DNA of 64,000 nucleotides from Octopus vulgaris (Eukaryota): NCBI GenBank assembly GCA_951406725.2, contig OX597818.1, positions 25,606,001 to 25,670,000 of the forward strand, read 5' to 3'. Shown piece by piece: positions 12,984 to 24,789 of this stretch (position 1 is its first letter; each line of letters starts with the position of its first letter). The notes under the pieces were generated by a model. It saw only the letters and a program-made list of their open reading frames with translations, ran no database searches and was not told where the DNA came from. The position numbers and the translations under genes were made by a program.

Positions 12984-13422
12984 AGCAACAAACAAGATGA
13001 GGACAAATATCTGTAAAATGTAAATAACGTACATAATTCCTCATCTCTTAAATATAGAACTGAACAACGTATTAGTTACAGGTTTTCAATCACTTATATT
13101 TCGGTGAAAGTTACAAGAGAGTGTGAACTTGATACAGGACGAAAAGAGCAAGAAAATTCGTTCGAAGAGAACTGGGGTTCACATTCTTTTACAGCGTATG
13201 ATCGAATAAAGAATGTAATTGCGAGGCGACTCACAACTATTGCCCATTTGCTTTTCTAGTTTTCTTTCTTTTTTTTTGTTAGTAAAAAGTAAAAAAAAAA
13301 AAGAAATGATTTTGGTGACATTTAAATTGAACTATGACTTCTCAGGTAAATTTGCTAAGTCACACAATATTAAATTAAACTTGAAGCTCAGTTCAAATTT
13401 AAGGTTAAGTAATACTATGCAA

Positions 13423-13998
13423 ATATGTTAATGATTGTTTTTATGACCAGTTATAATAAAAACAATTTTACGTTAATCTGATGGGTTACTTTATGCTTTT
13501 ATATACAAGGTCGCTAAAGTGAAATGATTTCTAATTACATATGTAAACAAGTACGAGGAACATCTGCGCGGTCGTTCAGGCTGTTAGAAATAGCAGCCAA
13601 ATAACAGCCATGTTTAATTAGTGCAGATCTGGGGGTAAATAAGAACACATATAAGCAAAAATCGGACTATGCAATCCTTCATATTACAACCGTAAACTCA
13701 AAACAAAATATGCCTTACAATTTTCTGAAGAAACAAACAATAATACTTCAAAAATGCATGTGTGATATAAAATATATAATTTGTATATATTTAATAACAA
13801 GGATATTGTTTGATCCAGTATAGTTGTGGCTCCAGAGTATTTTTGAGTTACATACACGCACGATTTCTTGCCTGGGTACCTATTGTTTTGGATCCGTATT
13901 AAATACATTATTTTATATAAATATGTTAATGATTGTTTTTATGACCAGTTATAATAAAATAAATTTTACGTTAATCTGATGGGTTACTTTATACTTTT
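13423..13998 (+). repeat. ~78-bp direct repeat pair (13423-13500 and 13921-13998)
   Basis: atatgttaatgattgtttttatgaccagttataataaaa...ttttacgttaatctgatgggttactttat occurs twice, 498 bp apart. Confidence 0.9.
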
Positions 13999-14725
13999 GT
14001 AGAGTACAATGATTATTTGTCGATGTCATAACAACTGCACATTGCATCACTAGTTGGTGGCCACACCTTCAGTTCGAAAGCCTTATGACAAAGGGCTTCC
14101 TAACCGCAAATATCTTTCTAGGAGGGTCTCGGACTGTAAGCATTATCCGATATCTTGCCTTGCTTTAATATTATAGGGTATGGTGAGCGACTGAAGAAAG
14201 CACATTGAATATAAAACTAGCAACTTGTGAATTTTTTTTTTCTTTACTATCAATTGAGCATATCCTGTTTAACTTAAAATAGCTTTTCAACTATTGACAC
14301 GTTTAAGAAATTACAGGCCAAGAACTTGATATGGATCAATATGAAGGGTTCTGAAACAAAATCAAAAGTGTGGGCAAAATATCTGAGTGCTATTTTATGT
14401 CTGCTTTTCTAATATACCTAGTATGCATGAAATAATTGAATTCCTGTATGAAATAATTTAATAGTTTTCATCTACCACCAACTCGTGGCAACTTCGCCCA
14501 ACTCGTTCTTGACTCATTAGGTGACGTATATAAATAGCTGTACAGAATTACTACAAAGGAAATTACACATTCATACCCCTAACCGGATACGGACATTAAA
14601 ATTACATATTTTCGTAATGAAAAAATAAATAAAAACTGAATATCAAAACGAAACAATTGATTCGGGGCAGTAAACAAGTGTACACTAATGTCTAAAAAGA
14701 AGGGGAAAAAAGGGTTTGTTCTTAC

Positions 14726-15083
14726 GTTTGATCTTCTCAGTTAAGTATAAGTATTGACAGATATCCACGAACGTTTGACAGAAAACTGGGCAGGAACTAG
14801 ATTTAATTATTTGAGGAGCCAGTTCGGATAGTTTGTCGCAGACAGGAACATCAGATGTTGTAGCTTGATTAGATTGAGGCAGACAAAGATTTTCAGAGTT
14901 TTTCAAATATAAACATATTGGTTGCAATGCTAATACATTAGTGCCACCGTCAAGGCAGTTTGGAGGAAAGCTGAGACAATTATTATTCAGTAAGTTAGGG
15001 TTACTTAGACAAGGTTGATAGAAACAGCATAAACAAAATGTTAACAATAAAAAACCAGCAACCGTCTGACCCAAACTGGCCAT
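14726..15083 (-). CDS. First coding exon of an unidentified secreted or type I membrane Cys-rich protein (119 codons, phase 1)
   Basis: ATG at 15083 (acaATGG), signal-peptide-like MASLGQTVAGFLLLTFCLCCFYQPCLS, eight further Cys, donor GTAAG at 14725-14721. Non-repetitive, with ETS motifs upstream. Downstream exons were not identified. Confidence 0.72.
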
Positions 15084-15226
15084 TGTTATTCCTCTGGGTA
15101 AAAATCCAAGTCCAACTTTTATTGTAATCTTGGTACCCTGAATCAACTAAGCTCGCAAATCTTACAGAGCAAAAGTAGGAAGCGTTTTCCTTTAGAAGTC
15201 AAAATGAATCAGTACCGTGTGATTAA

Positions 15227-15262
15227 ACGGAAGTAGTGTTGTAGACCAAGACAACCGGAAGT
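15227..15262. promoter_or_regulatory. Two ETS/GABP-type motifs in the putative promoter of the minus-strand gene
   Basis: ACGGAAGT (15227-15234) and CCGGAAGT (15255-15262), ~150-180 bp upstream of the ATG. Confidence 0.55.
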
Positions 15263-15857
15263 GAGTTGGTGCTAAGCTTTATGAAAGCTGACGACAATTA
15301 TTGTGACAAATGCTTATCTGTCATCGTGAAGACCATTATTTCAAGGCTATTTGTTTAACTCGCATCTTTCAATGACTCGAGACTAAATTTCCTTGTGTTT
15401 CGAAAATGTTCGTTCTCCTTCTTTTTTGTAATTTTATACATTAATGGCATAACTACAGTTTTGTGCCCCTATTCCCACTGACATTGTTTTACATAACTTT
15501 TTTAATATATATTTTTTTTAAATGAAATTAGATATAAAACATTTCCAGACTTGGAAACGACAGCTCTAATTCCTTTTTACAGGCATGGATTCGCAGGTGC
15601 ATATGCACACGAATATGTGTACGTGTACACGCAAAAACATACGTTTTGCTAAAGGCGTCTCCCTTTAAAAAAAAAGGGGTGGATGGCTGGAATACCTGCC
15701 ATAGAAGCCTGGTAAATAGGAGCCAATCTCGAGTTTAGCATCAATAACAACTAACGGTAGCTTCGTGATATTGGTAGACAAAAGGAGATGTGATGATAAT
15801 CATTCTGTTTATGATAATGGCTGTAACAGCAAGGGCAGTGATGTTGATAATGTTCAT

Positions 15858-16088
15858 CAGTGATTCTCAACCATTTTTGCCTATAGACCCCTTTGATTCT
15901 TATTTTACTCGGATGGACCTTAATGGTCATTTGATAATTAAATTTTTCCTCTTATATTTTTAGAATTAGATATTATTATACATTTTTTTTTCATAGAAGA
16001 TACTTTGAGTTTTGCAAACGTTTAAGCAATTTAATGCACATAAATTTCATTAAAACAATCTTATATGGATCCCGGCTGAGAACCACTG
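15858..16088. mobile_element. hAT (Charlie-like) MITE
   Basis: TIRs CAGTGATTCTCAACC / GGCTGAGAACCACTG. The 8-bp flanks atgttcat and atgtagtt match only partly. Confidence 0.7.
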
Positions 16089-16694
16089 ATGTAGTTGAAA
16101 GCTATAGTAATTATGGCGATGGCAGTATGTGGGTATGAATGTAGTAAAGACCATAAAAAGGAAGTAATGATAGAAGTGGAGTTGAGAAATATTACGGGCT
16201 TCTGGTAGTGGTTGTGACTATGGGGAATAGAAATCTTTAAGATGCACACATGTACGGACAAGTAAATGCACGTGTATACTAAGTCCAGATACCACACCAC
16301 CCTGCGTCACTTTCGAGGATATGGACAGGAAGAGAGGGTGGTAAGGGAGGAGCTTTCCTCCAGCGAATTTGTCAAAAGGTCGGTGACATTGAAAAAATGT
16401 TTAAGGGAACTACTCTATGCATGCAACCTGTAGATTGGAGAACAATAGTTGGTGAGGGATTGTGCTCTTGGTGGTGAGGTTGATATTGAATAAATGAGGG
16501 TTCCTTGATTAACCTTTCCTGTATCAGGAAAACTACATTATCCATGTATTTGCATATTTTGTATACTACATTATTTTTTTATCTTATCTCCTCTTTTTCC
16601 CTTCTTTCTCTTCATCTTATCGTGTAAATCCCCTCACAAATTCTAAAATGACCTTCTAATATGCTCAGATGCTCTTTTGGAAAACAAAAGAAAT

Positions 16695-18065
16695 AATAAT
16701 AATAATAATAACCCTTTCTACTATAGGTACAAGGCGTGAACTTTTGGGGGTGAGGGCTAGTCGATTACATCGATCCCATTTCTCAACTGATATTTATTTC
16801 ATTGACCCCAAAAGGATGAAAGGCAAAGACAACCTTAGCGGAATTTGAACTCAATGTAAAGATGGACAAAATACTGCTAAGCATTTTGCCTGGCTTGCTA
16901 ATGATTCTGCCAGCTTGCTGCCTCATAATAATAATAATAATAATCCTTTCTACTATAGGCAAAAGGCTTGAAATTTGTGGGGAGGGAGCTAGTTGATTAC
17001 ATCAACCCCAGTGCATAACTGGTACTTATTTCATTGACCATCAAAAGAATGAAAATGGTAGAGCAGTCTTCAATAGATTCAACCAATAGTTGGATTTGTC
17101 CCATATACAAAACAGCTCTTCGACATAACTCCACAAATCAACAATACTCATACACTGCACGAGTGGGAGCAGAATGGTTTTGTCATACTGCATGCATCTT
17201 GGACAGTCCTACCTGGCAGCACTTCCATGCCTGTAGAGTTTATCTTGAACCAGCAGAGCTTGGCAGCACTGCCAGGGCAGGGATTTCTGGAAGGTATTCC
17301 TGGTGGTATCAGCCTGAAAAAGACCAATGAGCTTGTTCATCCTCATTATTGCCTAGAGTTTTCCCAAGAATGTCCATGTTCTTATGCACTACTTGATTTC
17401 TATATATAGCAAACATATAATTTCCACCAATTGCATTGCTTGATTGGTAGAGGGCAGTGAGTGCCTGATGACATTCCAGATGTCAACAGTAATAATGATG
17501 TCATTGCCAGTGGCATCAGTGTTAAGATACTGAGCTGAGCAAAATGCTGCTAAGCATTTTGTCTGTCTTTATGTTTTGAGTTTAAGTTCTGCTGAGATTG
17601 ACTTTGCCTTTCATCCTTTTGGGGTCAATAAATAATGTACCAGTGAAACACTGGCTCGATGTAATCGACCAGTCCTCTCTCCCAAGACTTCAGGTCATGT
17701 TCTTTCAGTGGAAAGGATTATTATTATTTAAGGTGGTGAGCTGGCAGAATCATTAGCACACTGGACGAAATACTTAGCAGTATTTTGACTTTTGCTACAT
17801 GAGTTCAAATTCTGCCAAGGTCAACATTGCCTTTCATCCTTTCAGGGTCGATAAATTAAGTACCAGTGAAATACTGGAGTCAATGTAATCGACTCATCCC
17901 CTTCCCCAAAATGGCTGCCCTTGTAGCAAAATTTGCAACCATTATCATTGTTGTTCTTGTTAAGATGGCAAGCTGCCAGCAGGACAAAATGTTTAGCAGC
18001 ATTTTGTTCATCTTTACGTTCTGAGTTCAAATTCTGTCGAGGCCAACTTTGTCTTTTATCATTTC
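16695..18065. mobile_element. SINE family A cluster: two copies on - (16695-17057), three on + (17535-18065)
   Basis: Repeated matches to the family A consensus with (AAT)n/(ATT)n tails. Confidence 0.8.
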
Positions 18066-18854
18066 AGTAACTCCAGATTGTAGATGACTCAGACTGGAAT
18101 TGTCCAACCCATGCAAGTATTGAAGGTGAACATAAAAATGACAATGATGATGATGATGTGTGTGTGTGTGTGTGTGCGCGTGCATGTGTGTGTGCAAAAA
18201 ATTCTATTGTGATATGAAATATACACTCCCATCCTGTTTTGAATGGAATAAATATAAGTTGCTTTTTAATTATTAAAACATGAAAATAATATCACAAAGG
18301 AAAAAAATTCTGTTTCTATTTGACCTAAGATAAAACAGATATTGAATAAAAATAAACCATTTACAGGAATAAGAGAAGCATTGTAAAGAGAGTGACACTT
18401 CTCCTTAGGAAGGCCTCCATACAGTCACTCAACTACTAAATTGAGTCATTTCATTTGTCACTGAGCTGTTTCAGCACAACCACACTATATATAGAAAAGT
18501 TAAGTTATAACAGCTACTACTAATCTGTTTCATTAAAACTCCAACAAAATTTTATCACACCAACTATCACTGATTTTTCAAATAAATAATTAAAAGTTAC
18601 TAAATATTTAAAGTTATTTCACTAATGTTTTCCTTTTTTTTTATTTCATTATTTCATAAGTTTGAGGTTAGGGAAATTGGAGAAGCTGGAGGTAGGTAGG
18701 GAAGATATGTGATGACATGGAGAATGTACTGATAGGCACAAGAGAGTGAAGGGGCCTACAGATGTTGGGAAGATTGGAGAGTTTCGACAGAAGCCAGATA
18801 ATATGTATGTGCGAGGAAGGGCATGGTTGAAAAGGACATGCATGTATGTCTGAA

Positions 18855-19440
18855 TAATCATGATTTCACTTAGCTTGATGTGTCTTCCCAAGCACAGCAA
18901 GCTGCCAGTTGGTCATTTGTCATCTCCTCTGGGAGGCTTGACAACTGAAGATCATTTCTCACTACTTCATCCCATGTCTTCCTAGGTCTACCCCTTTCAC
19001 AGGTTCCCTTTACAATTAGAGATCGGCACTTCATTATGCTGCTGTCCTCATCCATATGCATCACATGACCATACCAGCACAGTCTTCTCTTTTGCACACT
19101 ACATCTGATGCCTCTTATATTCACTTTTTCTCTTGAAACATTTATACTTCATCATACAGGCACACTGACATTGCACAGCCAGTATAGCATGCTGGCTTCA
19201 ATTCTTTCAAGCCTACACATGTCCTCTGTGCTCACAGCCCATGTTTCACTGCTATGTAGCATGACTGCCCATATACAGGCATCATACAATCTGTCTTTCA
19301 CTGTGTGGGAGAGGCCCTTTGTTGCCAACAAAGTAAATCTCTGAATTTTGCCCAGTCTGTTCTTATTCTAGCAACTATGCTCTCAACGCATCCACATCCA
19401 TTGTTGAATTGTTCACCTAGATAACAGAAACTATCTATTA
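18855..19440 (-). mobile_element. RTE LINE 3' fragment
   Basis: IRCSVQKRRLCWYGHVMHMDEDS...RGRPRKTWDEVV. Confidence 0.88.
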
Positions 19441-19481
19441 TTTCTAAGAATCGGCCAGGACATTTGAAGAAGTCCAGCTTT

Positions 19482-19527
<46 letters not shown>

Positions 19528-19528
<1 letters not shown>

Positions 19529-20810
19529 GAGGGGCGTTCAATAAGTAATGCCCCTGACCCACTTCCCATAGCAGTAGAGCAACAAAACTTGGCACAGTTA
19601 TTGGTCTTTTTCTACATAGGAACCACCCAGAGTTACGCATTTCTCCCATCGTTTGATGCAGCTCTGGAGACCGTTTTTGTAGAAGACCCCAGCTTGGTCC
19701 TCCAACCGCGACTTGACTTCAGAAATCAAGGCTGCATCATCTGGGAAATGCTTTCCTTTCAAAAACAACTTCATGGCTGGGAAGAGGTGAAAATCAGAGG
19801 GTGCAAGGTCAAAAGAGTAGGGGGGATGGCGGAGGAGTTCATAGCCGCACGCCTGTGCTTCTGATCTGGAGACACGCGAGTTGTGGACCGGAGCGTTGTC
19901 CTGCAGGAGGAAGATGCCTTTGCTGATCTTGCCCTGCCTCTTGATTTTGATAGCTTCTCTTAATTTCCTCAAAAGTGAAACATAATAGGCTTCTGTAATT
20001 GTGGTACCCTTTGCCAGGAAATCTGTCATCACTACTCCATCCTGGTCCCAGAAAACTGTGAGCATGACCTTGCCAGCAGATGGCTGCACCCTTGCCTTCT
20101 TTGGAGGAGGTGAGTCACGGTGCTTCCACTGCATTGACTGGGCTTTGGTCTCTGGATCATAGTGATGTACCCAGGTTTCATCCTGTGTAATCAGTCTTTT
20201 GAAAAATTTTGACTCATCTTCTTGGCACATCAACTTCATCCTCGAGCACTCGACACGTTCTTGCTTCTGGAACGGTGTGAGCAACCTGGGAATCCATCTG
20301 GCAGACACCTTTTGCATATGCAAATGGTCATGAATGATAGTTTCCACAGACCCGGTACTAATCTTGACTTCATGGGCTATTTGGCGAATAGTTATGCATC
20401 GATCTTCCAAAATGGCAGCCTCAACTTGACGGACAGATGCCTCATCGATGGCAGAAGGGGGGCGACCAGATCTGGGAGCTGTTTCCACAGAGTTCCGACC
20501 ATGTTTGAATTCACGATGCCAGCATTTTACAAGGTCATATGATGGAGCATCCTCACCATAAGTTACTTTCATTTCATCAAAAGTCTCCCGTGGTGTGCAT
20601 CCTTTCAAATACAAAAACTGGATCACTGCTTGACACTCAACAGGCTCCATTTCACACTTGACTCAGTTCAAACACCTGTAAATCAGAAACCACAATTAGT
20701 TCAGAGTTGTAATTTGCCACTTAATCTATAGAGATATAAATAATTGCACATGCAAAATTTCAGCTAGATCAAACAACTGCAAGTGAGGCATTACTTATTG
20801 AACGTCCCTC

Positions 20811-20811
<1 letters not shown>
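19528..20811 (-). mobile_element. Full-length mariner transposon (1284 bp) inserted in a (TA)n tract
   Basis: TIRs CGAGGGGCGTTCAATAAGTAATGCC / GGCATTACTTATTGAACGTCCCTCG. TA on the left, TG on the right. Confidence 0.96.
19598..20650 (-). CDS. Mariner DD34D transposase, uninterrupted 350-aa ORF
   Basis: N-terminal HTH region, WIPRLL, ITQDETW, QDNAPVH, HPPYSFDLAPSDFHLF. There are 34 residues between the second and third Asp. Confidence 0.95.
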   Translation of the reverse strand: MEPVECQAVIQFLYLKGCTPRETFDEMKVTYGEDAPSYDLVKCWHREFKHGRNSVETAPRSGRPPSAIDEASVRQVEAAILEDRCITIRQIAHEVKISTGSVETIIHDHLHMQKVSARWIPRLLTPFQKQERVECSRMKLMCQEDESKFFKRLITQDETWVHHYDPETKAQSMQWKHRDSPPPKKARVQPSAGKVMLTVFWDQDGVVMTDFLAKGTTITEAYYVSLLRKLREAIKIKRQGKISKGIFLLQDNAPVHNSRVSRSEAQACGYELLRHPPYSFDLAPSDFHLFPAMKLFLKGKHFPDDAALISEVKSRLEDQAGVFYKNGLQSCIKRWEKCVTLGGSYVEKDQ

Positions 20812-20846
<35 letters not shown>

Positions 20847-21539
20847 TTGTGGGCCACTTGGCCCTCAGCCTGGTCTGTACAGTATTGAAATGTATTCAGA
20901 AGGGACATATTGGCATCTGTCATTCTGCCCATTTTCCTTTCCATGTGTTTGGCCATTGAGGACACTAGAAAATATGCACAGCTAAGCTAAGAATTTCTCT
21001 TGTATTTAATTGCCTCATTCATTCAAACTCATCTATTGTTTAAAATAATTCTTGTTTGTTTGTTCTAACCCTACAATGATAAACCTTGTTTCTTGGCTGT
21101 ACATATTTCGTACTTTTCTCTAAACTAATTCTTTCTTGTTTACTCTACCCCTTAAAATGACCTTTCGTATCAGTGGTTGCACCCATCCTTTCCCACCCCC
21201 ACCACCAATACCAGAAATCTCTTTCTCTTACCAGCCACCCAGTTGCCCTTCCCCTCTCTCCTCTTATATCAGTAATCTTGCCACCCTCTCCTTTCCCTCC
21301 CCCACCATCTCTGGACTAACTAAACCAGATAGCATCCCACTTACCCTCTCTCTCTCTTTTTTTTTTTACATTTATATCTGCAGCATTAGTAATGCTTACA
21401 CCCACAATGCTCATAATGCTTATATTTACAACGCCCTAAACACTTTCATATACAATAATTCCTCATTCCCCACCCCAGTAGAGGCTACAACCTCAACAAT
21501 TCTAACATGTTCGAATGACAGTAGGTTAAAAGCAAGAAC

Positions 21540-23490
21540 AACTATTATGACGTCTGTTACCAAACGATTATGTGAACCTTCTTTTCAGGTGCTGAATAAC
21601 ATCTCTCCTTCCTGTGTTACCTCCCATATCTCTTTCCCAGTTTTCATAGTTGACACTGTAAATGTAGGCACATTGAAAGGTAGGTCTAGCGAGATTGTAG
21701 AAATGCTTGAATGGAGATGTGTTGATGTATGTTGCGTACAAGAGGTAAGGTGGAGAGGAGCTTCAGCCAGAGTCCTCACAGGCAAAGCACATAAATATAA
21801 ACTCTTCAGGGAAGACAATAGTGATGGAATAGGGGGTGTGGGCATTCTTCTTGCTGAGAAATGTGTGAATAAGGTCATAGAGGTAGTGAGGGTGTACGAT
21901 AGAGTACTTAAACTCAGGCTAGTTTTGCAGAATAGTATAGTGACAATTATCTCTGCCTACATCCCACAAGTAGGCCTACGAAATGAACAGAAGGATCATT
22001 TTTATGATATTCTTCTGCAGGCTACCACAAAGACGAGTGACAATGATCTCATCTTAATGGGCATATTGGACAGCAACCTGGTATCTTCTATAATGTACAT
22101 GGGTGCCATGGAGTTGGTACCAGAAATTAAGAGGGAACTAGGCTCCTGGAGTTTTGCAATGCAAATAACCTATTGATCTGCAACACCAACGTCAAGAAGC
22201 CAGCCAGCCACCTGATAATCTTTCAATCAGGTGACTCTGCTAGCCGGATTGATTTTATTCTCACCAGACAGTGGGATGCAAGGTTGCTCGTAAATACAAA
22301 GACCCTCCCTGCTGAAGAATATACCTCCACAACATAGACTAGTTATTAGTGATTTTAGACTCAAGGCCAGAAGGATGCCAAAAAGCATACCAATCTGGAA
22401 AAGAAGGACTTGGAAGCTTAACCCTTCACATGGTCAGAGATTTAGGGATATCTTTACCAAGAAATTTGATCGTAGGAGGAGGAGCTACAGTCCTGTGACA
22501 GAGAAGGCAGCTGGGAATTCCTGCAAGACAACTTGCTGAGTGCCACTGACCAAATCTGTGGCTGATGTAAAGTCCCTTCCAGACCTAGGGTAACATGGTG
22601 GTGGAACAATACTGTAGACAGGCCATTAGAGCAAAGAAACGGGCATGGAAGAGTGTGGGTAGCAGGAGAATGTATCAGATAGCCAAAAGGGAAGCTAGGA
22701 GACAGGTATATGTAGCCAAGGGAGAAGCAGAAAAGAAGTTTGCCAATGTTCAGCAATGTGAGAGCCAAAGAACTGAAGTATTTTGGTTTGCAAGGCAGTA
22801 TGTGAGAGAAAACCGTAATGTCATAGCAGAGAAATGTGTCCACATGGATGAAGGTGCCCTTGTGTTTAATGATTCTGCAAAGAAAGCGGCTTGGAGATGC
22901 CATTATGAAAGATTGCTGAATGTGGAGAATGAATGGCAGGAGAAGAGTCTGCCAGAGGTTGAACCCAATTGAGGGACCAGCTACCCGAATTAACAGCACT
23001 CTTGTAGATAAAGAAATTAAGGATATGAAGACAGGGAAAGTACCTGGTCCATCAGGAATCACTGCTGAGATGCTTAAAATATCAGGCAGTGTGGGTTATG
23101 GTCTTGTTACCCGCATTGCATATCAGGTAGTTCATGAAGGAGTCATACCCAATGACTGCTGTAGCAGTACCATAGTCAACTGCTACAAGGGTAAAGGTGA
23201 TGCTTTAGATAGAAATAATTATAGAGGTATCAAATTATTGGATCAGGTGATGAAAGTTACAGAGAGAATCATAGCCCAACTAATTAGGGAGAGAGTTAAC
23301 CTAAATGAGATGCAGTTTGGTTTTGTGCCAGGCAGAGGCACCACTGATGCTATATTTCTGGTAAGGCAACTTCAGGAGAAATATCTTGCCAAAGATAAAC
23401 CTCTGTACTTGGCTTTTGTTGACTTGGAGAAAGCCTTTGACAGAGTCCCCTGATCTGGTGGTCAATGTGGAAACTGGGGATAGTAAATGA
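21540..23490 (+). mobile_element. RTE LINE: APE endonuclease plus N-terminal RT, 3'-truncated and decayed
   Basis: TVNVGTLKGR, VDVCCVQEVRW, GKVPGPSGITAEML, NYRGIKLL, QFGFVPGRGTTDAIF, FVDLEKAFDRVP. Confidence 0.93.
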
Positions 23491-24766
23491 TGAGATGCAG
23501 AATGAGGAAAATCTATTGAGAGAGAGAGATTTAGAAATGTAAGGACAATTCTAAGGAGACAAAAATTGCATTGCTTTATCCCAAACTCACCTTCAGAAAT
23601 AAAAGTTAAAATCATATCTACAGTAGATAATTATACTAAAATTATAATCTCCAGGTAAGATGTTATTCAACTTGAGGATATAAAAGGGTTTGTAGCTGCA
23701 ATTTATGATGGTGACTGGTGGTTAGCCTGTGTTCTAGAAACATACCCAGAAACTATGCAAGTAAAATTCACCTTTCTGGAACCTAAAGGACCCTCATCAT
23801 CATTTCAGTATCCTAGAAAGTCAGATGTTTTAACAGTGGGTTATTTAAACATCCTTTGTAAATTTGACCCCCAGAACTGCTACAACAATATATATTTTGA
23901 CAGAAAGAAAAAAATGAAAAATGCATCACAATTATTAATTTCAAAAAAATTGTCTCATTAAGTTTTGAAGATTTCAGAGTTTCATCTAACAAGTACCTAA
24001 TCATTTAAAGCAAAGCAAGGGTGGAAGGTTGGGACATGTGACTTCATCTGCTAGGCTATCAGGAGACAGGGATTCCAATAATTTGTTTGATGATTCTAAG
24101 TGTTGACAGCAGTATTGCCACCATTGACCATAGCAGAGCTGAAAAGTAGTTACAAATAAAGTAGACATTATTATTGAAATAATAAAAATGTTTATTTTTA
24201 TTACCAGCACTTTGTTTTCTCCTTCATGCTCAAATTGTCTTGCTTTGTAAGCGATTTTTGATAATTTGTCACTACTTTTCCACTATAATTATATTTATTA
24301 AAAATACTTCCTATTGAGATCCCAATATGAATTTTTGTATGTGAGTTGTGACTAAGGGCAATATTTGGACAAAATTTTTAAAAAATCAATGACCACGTCT
24401 TTTGACCTATGAAAAGGTAACGGTCAAATTTTAGGTCAACTTTTTCATTTTTATTGTAAGGAAAAAAATACACAAAACGAAAGTTGTAGATCTATTTAAA
24501 TACTTTAAAATGTAAACAAATTGCGCTTTCTAGCTCAAATAGTTGCTGAGATATGGCTTCTCAATGTTACTGAATAACCAAAAAATGTCACATATTGAAA
24601 GTTTCAAATTCATAACACAGCAAATATTAGAGTCCGGTAAAAAATTTTTTTTTCATATTTAAAGGTTTCGTATGAAGGCCAGTTAGTATGCAAAGTTTGA
24701 AACATATCAGTTTTGGTCACCTTCAATTTTTAAAAAAATTGCATTGATTTCATATGGAATTACCCC
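23490..24766 (+). mobile_element. 3' portion of a DNA transposon (Sola-like, tentative) with transposase C-terminus ending at 23961
   Basis: Coding-like FVAAIYDGDWWLACVLETYPETMQVKFTFLEPKGPSSSFQYP and terminus-like tgcattgatttcatatggaattaccc (~24740-24765). The superfamily call is from recall only. Confidence 0.45.
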
Positions 24767-24789
24767 CAACAAACTTAGGGATCATAATA

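Larger units (their letters stand above)
12552..13062. mobile_element. Palindromic Penelope-like pseudo-LTR insertion: arms 12552-12780 and 12789-13033, 29-bp 3' tail
   Basis: Near-perfect inverted repeat. Each arm has a tRNA-like head, (AAT)n and a hammerhead-like core. The head is homologous to the 3' region of the coding PLE at 27462-27524. Confidence 0.85.

Noticed and set aside
21136-22176. 346-aa ORF as a host gene
   Set aside because: Low-complexity pyrimidine-rich sequence with a TTG start running into the RTE endonuclease; frameshifted downstream.
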